64,000 nucleotides of DNA from an uncultured delta proteobacterium. GTDB taxonomy: Bacteria; Myxococcota; Kuafuiibacteriia; Kuafuiibacteriales; Kuafuiibacteriaceae. The DNA is taken from the NCBI GenBank assembly GCA_963803435.1, contig CAWDML010000001.1:2944001-3008000 (forward strand), in the 5' to 3' direction. Below the pieces are notes generated by a model. That model saw nothing but the letters and a program-made list of their open reading frames with translations, searched no databases and had not been told where the DNA came from. Below are positions 27,443 through 36,596 of this stretch, in pieces. The position numbers and the translations under genes were made by a program. Each line of letters starts with the position of its first letter. Position 1 is the first letter of the stretch.

Positions 27443-28957
27443 GTGCGCCGTCTCGCCCTCACCGCTTCGCTCCTGCTCGCGGGCTGCTTCGACGAGCCGA
27501 CCTACGAGGGCCTCTCCTGCGACGACAACGAGCCGTGTCCCTCCGGCTTTCGCTGCGTGAACAACGCCTGCACCGACCGGCCACCGGCCCCCCTCGACGC
27601 CGGGGCGAGCACGGACGGCGGCTCGGACGAGGACGCGAGCGGTCGCGACAGCGGCGGCGAGGTCGCGGACGGCGGCACGATCGACGTGGGCCCGGGCGAC
27701 GCCGGTGATCCCAACCTGGCGCGCTGCAGCGATCCCGTCTCGTACCCCAGCGCCGGCTGGGAGGTCCGCCACTTCACGCTCGCCGCCGGGCCCACCTTCG
27801 ACCAGTGCTTCGGGGTCGAGGACCTCGCCTCCGATGACATCGATCGCGACTACGCCGGCAACGGTCCATTGAATGGAACGATCACCGACTTCGGCTCGCG
27901 CTACACCGCGACCCGCACGTTCCTGGAGGGCGTCTATACTTTCACGTTCACGCACGACGATGGCATCCGGGTGCGGATCGACGGACAGCTCGTCTACGAG
28001 CAATGGGTGCACGGCCTGGTGACGGACGCGCACGCCTATTCGGCCTACCTCACCGCCGGCGAGCACCAGCTCGAGGTCGAGCACTACGACGACGGCGGTT
28101 GGGCGCAGATCGTCGTCTCGTGGCAGCGCGGCTGCGCCGGCGTGACGGCCCCCTCCGGCGGTTGGGCGCTCAGCTACCACCCCTACGATCCGGGCACGAA
28201 CACGCTGATCTACGATCAGTGCTACGGCGTCGAGGCCGTGTCCTCCACCTTCCTGAACATCACCGGCACGCCGGCCCTGGTGGCGGCGCAGGGCGTCACG
28301 ACCAACTACGGGATCGTCGGCCACGGCCTCCACGACTACCGCGGCCTGACCCGCCTCGACTTCGCCTATCGCGACGGTCTGCGCGCCGGCGTCGACGGCT
28401 TGCCCGGCTTCGACGACTGGACCGCCCAGGCCCCCACCGCCCGCTCCCTCGAGCAATATCTCCCCGTCCCCGGCGGCGTCGACTTCGAGAAGTTCGTCAC
28501 GAGCGGGAGCGATCTGCTTTCGATCAGCTGGACGAGCCTCTGCGACGAGATGCCCACGGGGCTCAGCACGGCAGAGTGGTGGGTCCGCTATTACCGCATC
28601 CTCTACACCTCGAGCCCCGAGTCCTGGACGATCGATCGCGACGACTGTCTCGGCGTCCAGACGATCGCGACCGATCAGCTGACCCAGAGCGGCGAGCCGA
28701 ATCCCATCCTTTCCATCGGCGCGACCTCGCTCTGGGGCGGCGAGTTCTTCGGGACGCGGATCTTCGGGACCGCGACGACGATCAGCCTCACCTACGACGA
28801 CGGCATCCGGGTCTACGACGGCGGGGCGCTCCTCTACGAGAGCTGGCTCGGGCCCCAGGTGGGCCAGGGAACGATCCAGGCCGGCGCCGGGTCCCACGCC
28901 TTTCGCATCGAGTACTTCCAGAACTACGGCGGCACGCAGATCCGGTTCAACTGGTGA
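27443..28957 (+). CDS. Lipoprotein with three PA14-like domains
   Basis: LLAGC lipobox, Cys knot, DxG linker; repeats THDDGIRV/AYRDGLRA/TYDDGIRV each ending in W. Confidence 0.82.
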   Translation: MRRLALTASLLLAGCFDEPTYEGLSCDDNEPCPSGFRCVNNACTDRPPAPLDAGASTDGGSDEDASGRDSGGEVADGGTIDVGPGDAGDPNLARCSDPVSYPSAGWEVRHFTLAAGPTFDQCFGVEDLASDDIDRDYAGNGPLNGTITDFGSRYTATRTFLEGVYTFTFTHDDGIRVRIDGQLVYEQWVHGLVTDAHAYSAYLTAGEHQLEVEHYDDGGWAQIVVSWQRGCAGVTAPSGGWALSYHPYDPGTNTLIYDQCYGVEAVSSTFLNITGTPALVAAQGVTTNYGIVGHGLHDYRGLTRLDFAYRDGLRAGVDGLPGFDDWTAQAPTARSLEQYLPVPGGVDFEKFVTSGSDLLSISWTSLCDEMPTGLSTAEWWVRYYRILYTSSPESWTIDRDDCLGVQTIATDQLTQSGEPNPILSIGATSLWGGEFFGTRIFGTATTISLTYDDGIRVYDGGALLYESWLGPQVGQGTIQAGAGSHAFRIEYFQNYGGTQIRFNW

Positions 28958-28966
28958 GGCCGGCGT

Positions 28967-30238
28967 TCAGCCCGAGAACCGGTAGCCCAGGCGGACGAAG
29001 AACAGCTGGTAGAACAGGTCGGGCTCGATGAACGCCTGATACATGGCGGTCAGTCGGACCGGGCCGAGCTGCCCCCAGAGCATTGCGTTCACGTCGTAGA
29101 TGACGCCGACGGCCTGGGCGTTGAGCACGCTGAAGCCGGCGTCGGCGCCGAGCCAAGTGAGACCTTCGAAGCCCGCTTGAAGTCCGCCCGTCTGGTAGCG
29201 CGTTCCGAAGTAGTCCCGGTACGCGCCGTACAGATCCGCATAGCCGAGCGTGGGGCTCACCAGCTTCACGCCGCCGCGGCCCTCCCAGCCCTGCGCGCCG
29301 TCTTCGTGGCGCACATCGTAGCGACCCGAGAGGTACGGGCTCACCGCGCCGAGGATGTGGAAGTTGGTGACCAGGCGGGCGCTGGTCCGGCGGGATCCGA
29401 CGGGCAGCGGGCCGTCCAGCGAGAACCCGAGGCGCGCCCTCTCCTGCTCGATCCAGTCCTGCCACCACTTGTTGGGGAGGATGCTGTGCACGTGGCTGCC
29501 GGTCAGCGAGAAGTCGACGAAGGAGGCCGGACGATAGCGCACGGTCGCGAGCGCGTTGCTCACGTCGACGCCGCCCGGCGCGGCGAAGTCGACGACGCCG
29601 TTGGCGAACAGGCTCAGGGTGCGGCCGAACGCCAGGTAGAGCCGCTCGGAGGCGTAGAGGCGATCGAGCTTGCCGCGGTAGAGCTGCGCGTTCAGACCGC
29701 CGGCGTTGTCGATCAACGAGGAGCGATACGAGTAGGCCGCGCCGCCGCCAGCGAAGTCGGCGTTGAACGCCGCCGTGATCGGGTGCGGGATGAGCCCGCC
29801 GAACAGGCTGGTGGTGAGACCGTCCGCGAGCCCGAACGCGACCCGCGCGCCGTCCACCTGCGCCGTCCCGATCTCGATGATCGGGATGCGGCCCAGACCG
29901 ACCGACCACTGCTCATCCCGGCCGTACTGGAAGAAGGCCCGGTTGAGATCGTAGCGGCTCGGCGAGATGCCGTCCTCGGTGAGGCGTCCCCGTCCGTCGA
30001 AGGAGAACGACAGGTCCTTCAGCCCGAACAGATCCACCGCCTCGGTACGCAGGCGGAGGTCGGTGAAGAGCCGGTGGACGTCCGTGACCGAGTCGTCGGT
30101 GACGAGCTGCGATACATCGACCAGGAGCTCCAGGCGGGTCTCCACCTCGGGCGCGACGTTGGTCGTGACCTCCACGTTGGCGCCCGCGCCGGCCACCATG
30201 AGCAGCGTCGCGAGCTCGAAGACCGGGCTCGGGATCAT
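28967..30238 (-). CDS. Outer-membrane beta-barrel protein (putative cytochrome partner porin)
   Basis: Signal peptide, alternating amphipathic strands, VGLGR...VDGA, C-terminal FFVRLGYRF; starts 10 bp after the cytochrome stop. Confidence 0.72.
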   Translation of the reverse strand: MIPSPVFELATLLMVAGAGANVEVTTNVAPEVETRLELLVDVSQLVTDDSVTDVHRLFTDLRLRTEAVDLFGLKDLSFSFDGRGRLTEDGISPSRYDLNRAFFQYGRDEQWSVGLGRIPIIEIGTAQVDGARVAFGLADGLTTSLFGGLIPHPITAAFNADFAGGGAAYSYRSSLIDNAGGLNAQLYRGKLDRLYASERLYLAFGRTLSLFANGVVDFAAPGGVDVSNALATVRYRPASFVDFSLTGSHVHSILPNKWWQDWIEQERARLGFSLDGPLPVGSRRTSARLVTNFHILGAVSPYLSGRYDVRHEDGAQGWEGRGGVKLVSPTLGYADLYGAYRDYFGTRYQTGGLQAGFEGLTWLGADAGFSVLNAQAVGVIYDVNAMLWGQLGPVRLTAMYQAFIEPDLFYQLFFVRLGYRFSG

Positions 30239-30248
30239 GGGGCTCCTC

Positions 30249-32726
30249 TCATGGCATCGGCACCCGGGCCCCCATCCAGGTCAGCTGGGTGTGGCACTCG
30301 GTACAGTCCATGGAGAAGGACTCCAGGACGTGGTTGGGTTCATTCCTCGGATCGAGATAGTCGCCCTGGTGGCAGCCGATGCACTCTCGCGGCGTGCCGA
30401 GGTACGTCCCTCCGATGTGGCAGCTCGTGCACCGGTTCGTGCGGTGAACGCCAGCGAGCTCGTACCAGGGGTGGATCGGACGGGCCGGTGAGAAGCTGAC
30501 CTCGGTGTGGCAGGTCTCGCATTCGGTCATCTCGGGGCCGTGCGGCGGGTCGATCACGGCCGACGCGGCGGTCTGATGGCACTGCTGGCAGTCGCGCGGC
30601 GTGCCCGCGTAGACGCCCACCCGATGACAGTCGCGACAGAGGGCCGCCGCGTGCATCCCCCGGAGGGGATAGCCGGCCAGCGTATGGTTGAACCGCGCCG
30701 GCAGCCACTCGGTCTGCTGGTGGCAACCGCCGCACTCGAAGCCGAGCGCGTTGTTGTGCGTGTCGTCTTTCTGGTGGCAGACGAAGCACTGATCCCCCAC
30801 GCCGGCCAGCTTGCGGTTCTCGGTGTGGCAGGTGACGCAGGCGAGCTGATCGTGGCGGCCCATCAGCCGGAACGCGCCGGTGTCGTGGACCTTCCGCGAC
30901 GCTTCGAACGACTCGGTGTTGTGGCAGGTGGAGCACTCCTTGCCGTAGCCGCCCTCGTGCACGTCGAAGTGACAGTCCGCGCACCCGCCGCCCATGGTCG
31001 GGAAGTGGAGATCGAGCTTGCCCAGCTCGACGCCCTTGTTCCACCCCACCTGCGGCGGAGGATCGATCTTCGGCTGGTGGCAGTAGCCGCACTTCGTGTC
31101 CTTGTGCACGCCGGTGAGCGCGAAGTCGGTCATCAGATCATGCTCGAACTTTGGCGCCCCCTTCACCGGGATATGGCACTTCTCGCACTCGACACCGAGC
31201 TGCGCCTTGTGGGGATCGTCGTCGAAGTGGCAGTCCGCGCAGCGGAGCTGGTTCGTCTTGTACTTGCGATTCGGATGACACTTTGCGCACTCGACCTTCT
31301 GGTGGAGCCCCACCAGCGCGAACTGCGACTGATGGTCGTGATCGAATACCGTCTCCTTGTATTTGACCTCGGGTGAGTGGCACCGGTCGCACTTGTCGCC
31401 GAGCTCTCCCTTGTGGGAGTCCTCGTGGCACTGAACGCAGCGCAGCTTGTCGTTGCGGTAGTTCCCGGCCTCGTGACACTTGGCGCACTCCACGTCTTGA
31501 TGGAGGCCGACCAGCGCGAAGCGGGTGTCCTTCTGGTGGTCGAAGTCGAGCTTCTTCGACCCGCCCTCGACGTGGCAGGCCGTGCACTGCTTGTCGTCGA
31601 ACTGGCCGTCGTGGGCCTTCTCGTGCGTGTGGCAGGTGCGGCACTCCTTCCCCACGCCCAGCTTCTCGAAGCGCGTGGGGCCCTTGCCGCGGTGGCAGCT
31701 CCGGCATTCGAGCCGGGTGTGCTTGCCCGTCAGCGCGAACTTGGCATCCTTGGCGTGATCGAAGCTCTCGATCTTCTTCTTTCCGCCGAGCGCGTGACAC
31801 GTGGCGCACGTGAACTGTGAGAACCGCTCGCGGTGGGGATCACCGTGGCACCCCTCGCAGTTGCGAGCCGGCTTCTTCTTCGGCGAGTCGTGGCACTTGG
31901 AGCACCTCTTGGTGTCGTGCTGACCGCGCAGCGGGAACTTCGTCTTCTCGTGCGAGAAGGACGGCTTGCTGAAGACGTCGATCGAGTGGCACTGGCTGCA
32001 GTCGGCCCGGATGAAGCCCTTCCCGTGGGGGCTGTCCTTCTGGTGGCACGAAGAGCAGACGCGCTTGCGCTTGAGCGACATCTTCGCGCCCTTGTGGCAG
32101 TCGCGGCACTCGGCTTCGGCGTGCTTTCCGATCAGCGGCAGGCCAGCTCGATCGCCGTGGTTGAAGAAGAGGTCGGCGGACTTCATCTTCTTCCGCTTTC
32201 CGCCCTCCCCGTGGCAGTCGACGCACTTGCCCAGCAGATCCTTGCTGGTGAACTCGTGCACGTTCCCGTGGCAGCCGACGCAGGTGGAGTCGAGACCCAT
32301 GAACGAGGTCCTGCCAGTGGCCAGCTTCTGCTTGTGGCACTTGGTGCAGGCCACCTCGGCGTGCACGCCGGTCAGCGAGAACTTCGTCCGGTCGTGCTCG
32401 AAGTCTCGCCGCCCGCCGACCTGTCCCCAGTCGCTGATGTTCGCCGACCGGCCTTTGTGGTCGGTGTGGCAGTCGACGCACTTCTTCTTCTCTCCGAAGC
32501 CTGTGTGCATCGCGCTCTTGGCGAGCGTCTTGTGGCAGTCCTTGCACTGGCGGTTGACCACGCCCTCCCCCAGCACGTGGCACTTCTTGCAACCGTCGGG
32601 ACCGTCGAGGTCGTGATGTCCGCGGACCAGCGGCCCGGGAGAGTTCGCGAGAAAGTCACCCCAGCCCTGGGCGAGGGCGCCGCTGGGCCAACACAGGGCG
32701 AGCAACGCCAGCAGGCGCGGTCTCAC
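30249..32726 (-). CDS. Multiheme cytochrome c, 33 CxxCH motifs (11 triheme c7-like repeats)
   Basis: Manual count of 33 CxxCH; repeating FxH...F.L.G.H...CxxCH unit; N-terminal signal peptide and SPGPL motif. Confidence 0.95.
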   Translation of the reverse strand: MRPRLLALLALCWPSGALAQGWGDFLANSPGPLVRGHHDLDGPDGCKKCHVLGEGVVNRQCKDCHKTLAKSAMHTGFGEKKKCVDCHTDHKGRSANISDWGQVGGRRDFEHDRTKFSLTGVHAEVACTKCHKQKLATGRTSFMGLDSTCVGCHGNVHEFTSKDLLGKCVDCHGEGGKRKKMKSADLFFNHGDRAGLPLIGKHAEAECRDCHKGAKMSLKRKRVCSSCHQKDSPHGKGFIRADCSQCHSIDVFSKPSFSHEKTKFPLRGQHDTKRCSKCHDSPKKKPARNCEGCHGDPHRERFSQFTCATCHALGGKKKIESFDHAKDAKFALTGKHTRLECRSCHRGKGPTRFEKLGVGKECRTCHTHEKAHDGQFDDKQCTACHVEGGSKKLDFDHQKDTRFALVGLHQDVECAKCHEAGNYRNDKLRCVQCHEDSHKGELGDKCDRCHSPEVKYKETVFDHDHQSQFALVGLHQKVECAKCHPNRKYKTNQLRCADCHFDDDPHKAQLGVECEKCHIPVKGAPKFEHDLMTDFALTGVHKDTKCGYCHQPKIDPPPQVGWNKGVELGKLDLHFPTMGGGCADCHFDVHEGGYGKECSTCHNTESFEASRKVHDTGAFRLMGRHDQLACVTCHTENRKLAGVGDQCFVCHQKDDTHNNALGFECGGCHQQTEWLPARFNHTLAGYPLRGMHAAALCRDCHRVGVYAGTPRDCQQCHQTAASAVIDPPHGPEMTECETCHTEVSFSPARPIHPWYELAGVHRTNRCTSCHIGGTYLGTPRECIGCHQGDYLDPRNEPNHVLESFSMDCTECHTQLTWMGARVPMP

Positions 32727-33901
32727 CAGACCTCGCCTCCACGGTCAGGTGTCAACCCGGCTTGCATCGGTCTAAGCGTTCGCACCTCCTCCTCGACCCA
32801 GTCGATCCAGGCCGACTCCGGATCGATCGTCCGCATCTGATCGAGCACCTCGTCGGCGTCCTTGGGATGTCCGGTCCGGGCCAGCCAGCGCGCCTGATGC
32901 GCCAGATGGGGCAGATTCGCCGGCTCGAGGTCGATCGCCGCCTCGAACGCCTTGTCCGCGGCTTTGCGCCGGCCGCCCGAGGCCAGGCTCACACCCACCA
33001 GGAACGCGGCCTCCGGATCCCGCGCCTCGGTCGCGATCTTCTGCAGCATGGGTTGCAGGTCTCCCAGCTGGCTCGGAGGCGTGATCAGCGCCCGCGCCAC
33101 CACGGCGTCGAAGGTCCCCTCGCCCACCGCCTTCAGGAGCTTCTCGACGCTGCGCTTCCGGTCCTGGCTCGAGTCGACGTACCGGTAGAGCGTCGCCTCC
33201 GCGCGCGCCATCAAGGGCGCCAGCTCGCGCGTGCGGTGAGTGTCGTCCGCGAGGAGCCGGACGCGATCGAGCGCCTCGTCGGCGTGGCGGAGCTCGCCGG
33301 TGCGGAGGAAGCCCTCGAGGTCGTGGACCAGCGTGGCGCATTCTCGGGACTTCTTGAGATCGTGCGCGACCCAGCCGGCCGCGACGAGACCGACGGCGAA
33401 GGTTCCGACCATCAAGGACATGAACATCCGCCTGCCCTTGCGCGGGGGGCGCAACGTGCGGACCGCCGTCAGCTGACCGTACTGGGTCTCCTCGTTGAAA
33501 AGGTCGCCGCCGAAGAGAGCGTTGAGCTGCGACTCGAGCGACGCCGGCGTGACCGGGTCGATCGCCTGCGTCGGGGCGGACTCCCAGCTCTCGCTGACCC
33601 GCGAGGCGCGCGCGGCCCGGATCCGCATGACCTGGGTCGGAGGCGCCGCGGGCTTCGGCGGATCGCCGGGGGGGCCCACCACGGTCTTCGGCTCGATGAT
33701 GTACCTTCCCACCTCGCGCAGAAGGGCCGCGTTCTCTTGCGAGCGGTCCAGCCGATAGGCCTCGCGCGCCCAGGTCAGCGCCAGGTCCGCCTTGCCGATG
33801 CGCAGCCAGGCCCGCGCGACCTCCGCCCGCCGCGCCGGATCCTCAGGCGCGGCCTTGGCTGCGAGGATCGCTTCCCTGACGCCTCCCGAATCAGATCGCA
33901 T
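32723..33901 (-). CDS. Bitopic membrane TPR protein
   Basis: N-terminal TPR-like helices, one TM (MFMSLMVGTFAVGLVAAGWVA), C-terminal TPRs (AFEAAIDLEP); GTGA overlap with the cytochrome. Confidence 0.75.
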   Translation of the reverse strand: MRSDSGGVREAILAAKAAPEDPARRAEVARAWLRIGKADLALTWAREAYRLDRSQENAALLREVGRYIIEPKTVVGPPGDPPKPAAPPTQVMRIRAARASRVSESWESAPTQAIDPVTPASLESQLNALFGGDLFNEETQYGQLTAVRTLRPPRKGRRMFMSLMVGTFAVGLVAAGWVAHDLKKSRECATLVHDLEGFLRTGELRHADEALDRVRLLADDTHRTRELAPLMARAEATLYRYVDSSQDRKRSVEKLLKAVGEGTFDAVVARALITPPSQLGDLQPMLQKIATEARDPEAAFLVGVSLASGGRRKAADKAFEAAIDLEPANLPHLAHQARWLARTGHPKDADEVLDQMRTIDPESAWIDWVEEEVRTLRPMQAGLTPDRGGEVW

Positions 33902-33904
33902 CGA

Positions 33905-36529
33905 TCACCCCGCTGCTCGGTAGAGGAGCGCGACCACTGCGTGCACGCTCGCAACCACCAGCATGAGCGCGGTCAGCGCGACATGAAAGGTTCGCCACGC
34001 CGCTGCGACGCGCTCCGCGATCGCGAAGATGCGCTTCCTCAGCGTCCCCTTGTTGGCGACCACCTTCACCTCGAGCTCCGCCACCGCGTTGCGCATGCGC
34101 GCCGATGTGAAGAAGTACCGACCTATCCCACCGGAAATGACCACCAGCCACATCAGCCAGAACGCCACCGACGGCCAGCGATCGAGCTTGAGCATCGTGT
34201 GAAAGCTGACGAACGCGGGCCCCACCAGCCCGGCGATGATGTGTGCGAACAGCCACGCCCGGGTGGCGGCGAGCGGGCGGAGGAAACCGAGTCGGGAGTG
34301 GAGCGGATAGAGCGCGGTCGCCGCCATCATCGACGTGCCGGTGATGCCGAGCCAGAAGCCCAGGCCCTCGCCCGATGAGAGCGCACGGCGCATCAGGCTC
34401 ATGCTGGGGACCATCGCCTCGAGGAAGCACTCGACGCCGGTGAGCGCCGTCGCGATCACCGCCACCAGCACCGCGGCCGCCGCGATCCGCGTCCGCCGCC
34501 GGACGATGCCCCCCACGAATGGGCGCTCCGCGAAGCGGATCTTGTCGTCCGATCGATCCAGGAAGACCTGCTCCGGCTCGAACTCGAAGATGGCGCCCGT
34601 CGGACACGCCGAGATGCACGCCTGATCCGAATGGCCGGCGCAGTGGTCGCACTTGCTGGCGTAGAAACGGTTTCCTCGGCTCTTCGCCAGCGCCGCCATC
34701 TCCCTGGAGCCGGGCTCGAGGATCTCCACGCCGGCGGCCTTGAAGAACTTCGTCGGCGGTTCGCCGCCCAGCATCGCGAAGATGAAGTCGTTCTCGATCG
34801 TCCGCTCGCCTTCCTTGAGCCCGAGGACGACCCGTCCCGGCTCGATGCCCTTCACGCTCGACTCGAGCAGGACCTCGACCTTGTCCTTGGCCTGATACTC
34901 CTGGAGGCGCGTGCGGTTGCCGCCCTTGATCCGGCCGAAGCTGTCGCGGCGATACGAGATCGTGACGATCGCGCCAAAGTCCGCGAGCGACATGGCCCCC
35001 TCGACCGCCGAGTCACCGCCGCCGACCACCAGCACGCGTTTCTTCGCGTATGGCTCCGGATCCGTGAGCGCGTAGGCGACGCGCGACTCGTCCTCGCCCG
35101 CCACCCCGAGCTTGCGCGGGTCGCCGCGGGTCCCGGTCGCCAGTACCACCCGCCGGGCCCGGTAGCTCCCCTTGCTGGTGACGACGTCGAAGTTCCCGTC
35201 GGCGCCCTTGGTCACCTGGGTGACCGGCTCCTTGCTGTTGATCTGGAGGCCGGTGGTCTGGATGACCTCGGCCCACTTGGCGATCAGCTGCTCCTTCGTC
35301 GTGTTGCGCAGCCAGAGCTGGCCGTATCGCGGAATGTGCGCGGGCTCGGCCATCACCAGCTTGTTGCGAGGATACGATTGGATCGTCTCGGCGTAGTTTC
35401 CTTTGTCGAAGATGATGAAGTCGTAGTCCCGCGACATACACTCGAGGGCCGCGCCCAACCCGGCAGGCCCGGCGCCGACGATGATGACGTCCGTGACGCC
35501 GGGGACCTCGCGCGACTCGATCTCCTCGGCGATGCTCTCGATCGCCGCCACGCCGCCGTTGATCGCGACCTTGATCAGCGCGGCGCCCGAGGCCTCACCG
35601 GTCAGATACAGGCCGGGCACGTTCGTGCGCCCGGACAGATCCGTGTTCGGCATCGGGTTGGGAAAGTCGGTGACGTCGTACGCCGTCTCGATCATGTTGA
35701 TGACGCCGTTCGGACACGACTCGTAGCAAGCGCGGCAACCGACGCACTTCTTCGGATCGATGATCAGCTCGTCCTCGATCTTGTTCAGCGCGTCGAAGCC
35801 GCAGGCGGGCAGACAGCGGTGGTCCGTGCAGGTCCGACAGGAGATCGGGAAGGAGAGCTGCCCCAGGATCGGACCCTTGCGCTGCAGGCGCGGGACGCCG
35901 TGACGATCGGCGCAGGCGCGCTCACACCCGTCGCACGCGATGCACGCCTCCAGATCGATCACCTTGAGCGTGCTCGCGAACGAGTAGTTGTGCTTCAGGT
36001 AGAAGTCCTGGATGACCGGGAGCGAGCGTTTTCGGTTGGTCTTCCATCGGTCGTGGAGCGCCTCGAAGTGCGCCTTCATGTCGGACGCCCACACGGGGTA
36101 CCGATGCATGAGGGACTCGAGGTTTTGCTTGGGGATGGAGGCGAGGACGGTCTCCATGGTGGCGACGCAGTCGAGGCCGCCGCCGGAGCGCAGGTAGTCG
36201 TCCGAGAACGCGTCGCCCTCCACGAAGAAGGTGACGAACGGGTGCTCGTGGGCCGGCTGCCCGTTCACGATCTTGACGTCAATCTTCTCGGCATCCTTGG
36301 AGGTGAAGTTCTGGAGGACGCCGACCTGCCCGATCGCCACCACGTAGTGCGTGGGGCCGCGCCGTCGGTCGACGCTGCGCGACAGGCGATCCCCCGGAAA
36401 GAGGTGCACCCAGGTGCAGCGCGCCTCGAAGGCGGCCACACCGTCGTTCGGGAGTCGCTCGAGCAGAGACATCCGCCGCAGCGACTCGAACGGCTCGGCC
36501 TCGAACTTCGCCGCAAGATTTCCGGCCAT
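33905..36529 (-). CDS. Fusion oxidoreductase: cNMP-binding-like + 4x[4Fe-4S] + FAD/NAD(P) TrxB/YpdA-like + 4-His membrane domain
   Basis: CIACDGCERAC, CRTCTDHRCLPAC, CVGCRACYESCP, KCDHC..ACISACP; GAGPAG, ATG, GGGDSA; two Hx13H TM motifs. Confidence 0.88.
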   Translation of the reverse strand: MAGNLAAKFEAEPFESLRRMSLLERLPNDGVAAFEARCTWVHLFPGDRLSRSVDRRRGPTHYVVAIGQVGVLQNFTSKDAEKIDVKIVNGQPAHEHPFVTFFVEGDAFSDDYLRSGGGLDCVATMETVLASIPKQNLESLMHRYPVWASDMKAHFEALHDRWKTNRKRSLPVIQDFYLKHNYSFASTLKVIDLEACIACDGCERACADRHGVPRLQRKGPILGQLSFPISCRTCTDHRCLPACGFDALNKIEDELIIDPKKCVGCRACYESCPNGVINMIETAYDVTDFPNPMPNTDLSGRTNVPGLYLTGEASGAALIKVAINGGVAAIESIAEEIESREVPGVTDVIIVGAGPAGLGAALECMSRDYDFIIFDKGNYAETIQSYPRNKLVMAEPAHIPRYGQLWLRNTTKEQLIAKWAEVIQTTGLQINSKEPVTQVTKGADGNFDVVTSKGSYRARRVVLATGTRGDPRKLGVAGEDESRVAYALTDPEPYAKKRVLVVGGGDSAVEGAMSLADFGAIVTISYRRDSFGRIKGGNRTRLQEYQAKDKVEVLLESSVKGIEPGRVVLGLKEGERTIENDFIFAMLGGEPPTKFFKAAGVEILEPGSREMAALAKSRGNRFYASKCDHCAGHSDQACISACPTGAIFEFEPEQVFLDRSDDKIRFAERPFVGGIVRRRTRIAAAAVLVAVIATALTGVECFLEAMVPSMSLMRRALSSGEGLGFWLGITGTSMMAATALYPLHSRLGFLRPLAATRAWLFAHIIAGLVGPAFVSFHTMLKLDRWPSVAFWLMWLVVISGGIGRYFFTSARMRNAVAELEVKVVANKGTLRKRIFAIAERVAAAWRTFHVALTALMLVVASVHAVVALLYRAAG

Positions 36530-36596
36530 TCTCGCCGACTGTGTCACCCGGAGAGAGCCAGATGATGAAAGAAAAAACCGGCGTGTTATCCTCCGC

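Noticed and set aside
36530-36596. Sigma54 (-24/-12) promoter next to the FHA-EBP
   Set aside because: No GG-N10-GC with TGGCAC/TTGC context found on either strand
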